64,000 nucleotides of DNA from Corallochytrium limacisporum Hawaii (Eukaryota > Protista > Pluriformea), in contig PDIP01000014.1 of the NCBI GenBank assembly GCA_002811645.1, positions 1-64,000 on the forward strand, written 5' to 3'. Below the pieces are notes generated by a model. The model did no database searches, was not told where the DNA came from, and was given only the letters and a program-made list of their open reading frames with translations. This document shows, piece after piece, positions 62,264 to 64,000 of the stretch. Position numbers and translations under genes: made by a program. The first letter of the stretch is position 1; the number at the start of each line of letters is the position of its first letter.

Positions 62264-64000
62264 ATGGTCATGGAGAAATACACTGTGCTCAACCCTATTG
62301 GCAAGGGTAGCTATGGCGAAGTGTTTCTCTGCAACCACAAGCGGCAGCCACACAAGAAGCTTGTGCTGAAGAAAATGTCCGCGCGTGGTACATCTCAAAA
62401 GGAGCTACTAGCAGCCACCACAGAAATCAATTTGCTGAAGAGCCTCAACCACCCCAACATTGTTAAGTACTACGACTCCTTCGAGGACTCAGACGGTAGC
62501 ATGTACATTGTGATGCGGTACTGTGAAGGTGGTGATATGTACAAGCGACTGCAAACCCAGAACGGGATTTATTTCGACGAGAAGCAAATTGTAATTTGGT
62601 TTGTTCAGATAGCACTAGCTATGCAGCACTTGCACAGCCAGAACATTCTCCATCGGGATCTGAAGACGCAGAATATTTTTCTTACAGACAATGACATTAT
62701 CAAACTGGGTGACTTTGGAATTGCAAGGACATTAGACAACAAAGAAGCTATGGCTTCCACACTGATTGGTACCCCGTATTACATGAGTCCTGAAATCTTC
62801 GCCAACAAGCCATACAACCACAAGAGCGATATTTGGGCCCTCGGTTGCTGCCTCTTTGAAATGTGCGCGCTGAAGCATGCATTCAATGCCGGTGACTTCT
62901 ACACTTTGATGCAAAAGATCAACAAGGGGCGCACTCCGTCTGTTCCTCAACAGTATAGTGACGAACTGCGGAGCTTGGTCAAGCGAATGTTGCAGCACAA
63001 CCCCGACGATCGTCCATCGGTTGATGAAGTACTGCGCGATCCTTACGTGCATTCAAGCATTAGGGAGTTCCTGGCCAAGAATGCCGACAGCAGTAAGCGA
63101 ATGAAAGAGTGCCCTCGCCGCCGACGGAACGAGCATGGATCAACGGGCAACGACAGCACTGGTCTAAGCGGAACACCTCGTGGAGAGATTATTACACCAC
63201 GGGGGGGACCCCTGAACGATGGCGAACAGCCTATACTTACACCTCGGTCAGTCCCCAGACCAAATGTAGATGTGGATGCACTGGGCAGTCCTCGAGGACG
63301 CCGGGCAGGCCCTCCAGCTCTGCGTCGCCGTCGACCGGGTTCTTCTGATAACCTGTATGCCGATCTAAAACAAGAGGATGCAGCGACTGCAGAGATAAAT
63401 CGCATGCGAAGTGCTCGTGGCGAAGGTAGCTTCATCGCAAGCAGATACACCGCGTCGCGATGGAATGGCGTGTCACCAAACCCACGGGGTGCGAATGAGT
63501 CTCCAACCCATGTGCGCAGGCAACTTGCCCAAAACTCTGGACCCGAAGAATTCGATGTCAATGCCAACGGCGGCCTCATCGAGGATCAATTTGCTCAAAT
63601 CACTCCGAGATCTCGCCGCGACCGCGCAAGTCGCGGTGACTTAAATCCAACTAGTCGGGCCAGTCGTCCGAGGCATCAATCATATGACCAGGATGAGGAG
63701 GTTCGGGAATTTGAGGGCTACTATTCCCGTTCAAATCTCGCCGATATCGACAGTGGCAGCAACTTTGGGCTCAACGCAGAACAACGTGCGGCCGCACGAA
63801 TGCGTCGTCGTCGCATGAAGGAGATTGCAGGAATCCAAGACAGTTCAAGCCAAGTCTCTGAACCGGAGCCCCTGAGGAGGCGTCGTCCTGTTCATTTGTC
63901 TAGCAACAACCTTCGAGGATCGAACTCTAGTATAGGCGGTGGCTCGTATGCATATCAGACGGACGAGTCATCTGATGCAGGACCAACCGAATTTATTGTT
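62264..64000 (+). CDS. NIMA-related kinase (NEK4/NEK1-like), 3'-partial
   Basis: Absent from the ORF track because no stop falls in the window. gccATG at 62264 gives MVMEKYTVLNPIGKGSYGEVFL..VLKK..LNHPNIVKY..YCEGGD..LHRDLKTQNIFL..KLGDFG..IGTPYYMSPE..KSDIWALGC, followed by a long Arg/Ser/Pro-rich tail. Confidence 0.93.
   Translation, partial: MVMEKYTVLNPIGKGSYGEVFLCNHKRQPHKKLVLKKMSARGTSQKELLAATTEINLLKSLNHPNIVKYYDSFEDSDGSMYIVMRYCEGGDMYKRLQTQNGIYFDEKQIVIWFVQIALAMQHLHSQNILHRDLKTQNIFLTDNDIIKLGDFGIARTLDNKEAMASTLIGTPYYMSPEIFANKPYNHKSDIWALGCCLFEMCALKHAFNAGDFYTLMQKINKGRTPSVPQQYSDELRSLVKRMLQHNPDDRPSVDEVLRDPYVHSSIREFLAKNADSSKRMKECPRRRRNEHGSTGNDSTGLSGTPRGEIITPRGGPLNDGEQPILTPRSVPRPNVDVDALGSPRGRRAGPPALRRRRPGSSDNLYADLKQEDAATAEINRMRSARGEGSFIASRYTASRWNGVSPNPRGANESPTHVRRQLAQNSGPEEFDVNANGGLIEDQFAQITPRSRRDRASRGDLNPTSRASRPRHQSYDQDEEVREFEGYYSRSNLADIDSGSNFGLNAEQRAAARMRRRRMKEIAGIQDSSSQVSEPEPLRRRRPVHLSSNNLRGSNSSIGGGSYAYQTDESSDAGPTEFIV

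Overview
Gene-dense eukaryotic nuclear DNA, not prokaryotic, with about 22 protein-coding genes that are almost all single-exon, including an 8.3 kb IP3 receptor and a 4.6 kb glycogen debranching enzyme. In order: PRMT1, erlin, AGL, a Rieske/RFESD protein (the only clear coding intron, missed by the ORF track), a divergent methylpurine-DNA-glycosylase-like protein, a type II membrane UDP-glucuronate 4-epimerase, an orphan protein built from cryptic 20-aa repeats, a degenerate mitochondrial carrier, LSM2, FBXL2/20, a glycosyltransferase-like/alginate-lyase-like fusion, ITPR, a POMGNT1-like protein, a Ser/Thr dehydratase, katanin p60, SART3, an ADP/ATP carrier, a histidine phosphatase, GAK, an RH-C1-DH-PH RhoGEF, PIG-X/PBN1 and a NEK kinase running off the right edge (also missed by the ORF track). 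Animal-type architectures (IP3R, kinase-PTEN-C2-J GAK, RH-RhoGEF, POMGNT1-like, CAAX FBXL2) combined with extreme intron loss suggest a unicellular holozoan such as Corallochytrium; this is inference, not a database match. The best novelty candidates are a possible uronic-acid glycan/cell-wall toolkit, the 20-aa repeat orphan, and a pattern of splice acceptors and short candidate introns just upstream of start codons. There is one assembly gap and several low-quality-looking intergenic tracts. No rRNA, tRNA, CRISPR or intact mobile element was recognised. All family assignments are from recalled motifs, without a search.
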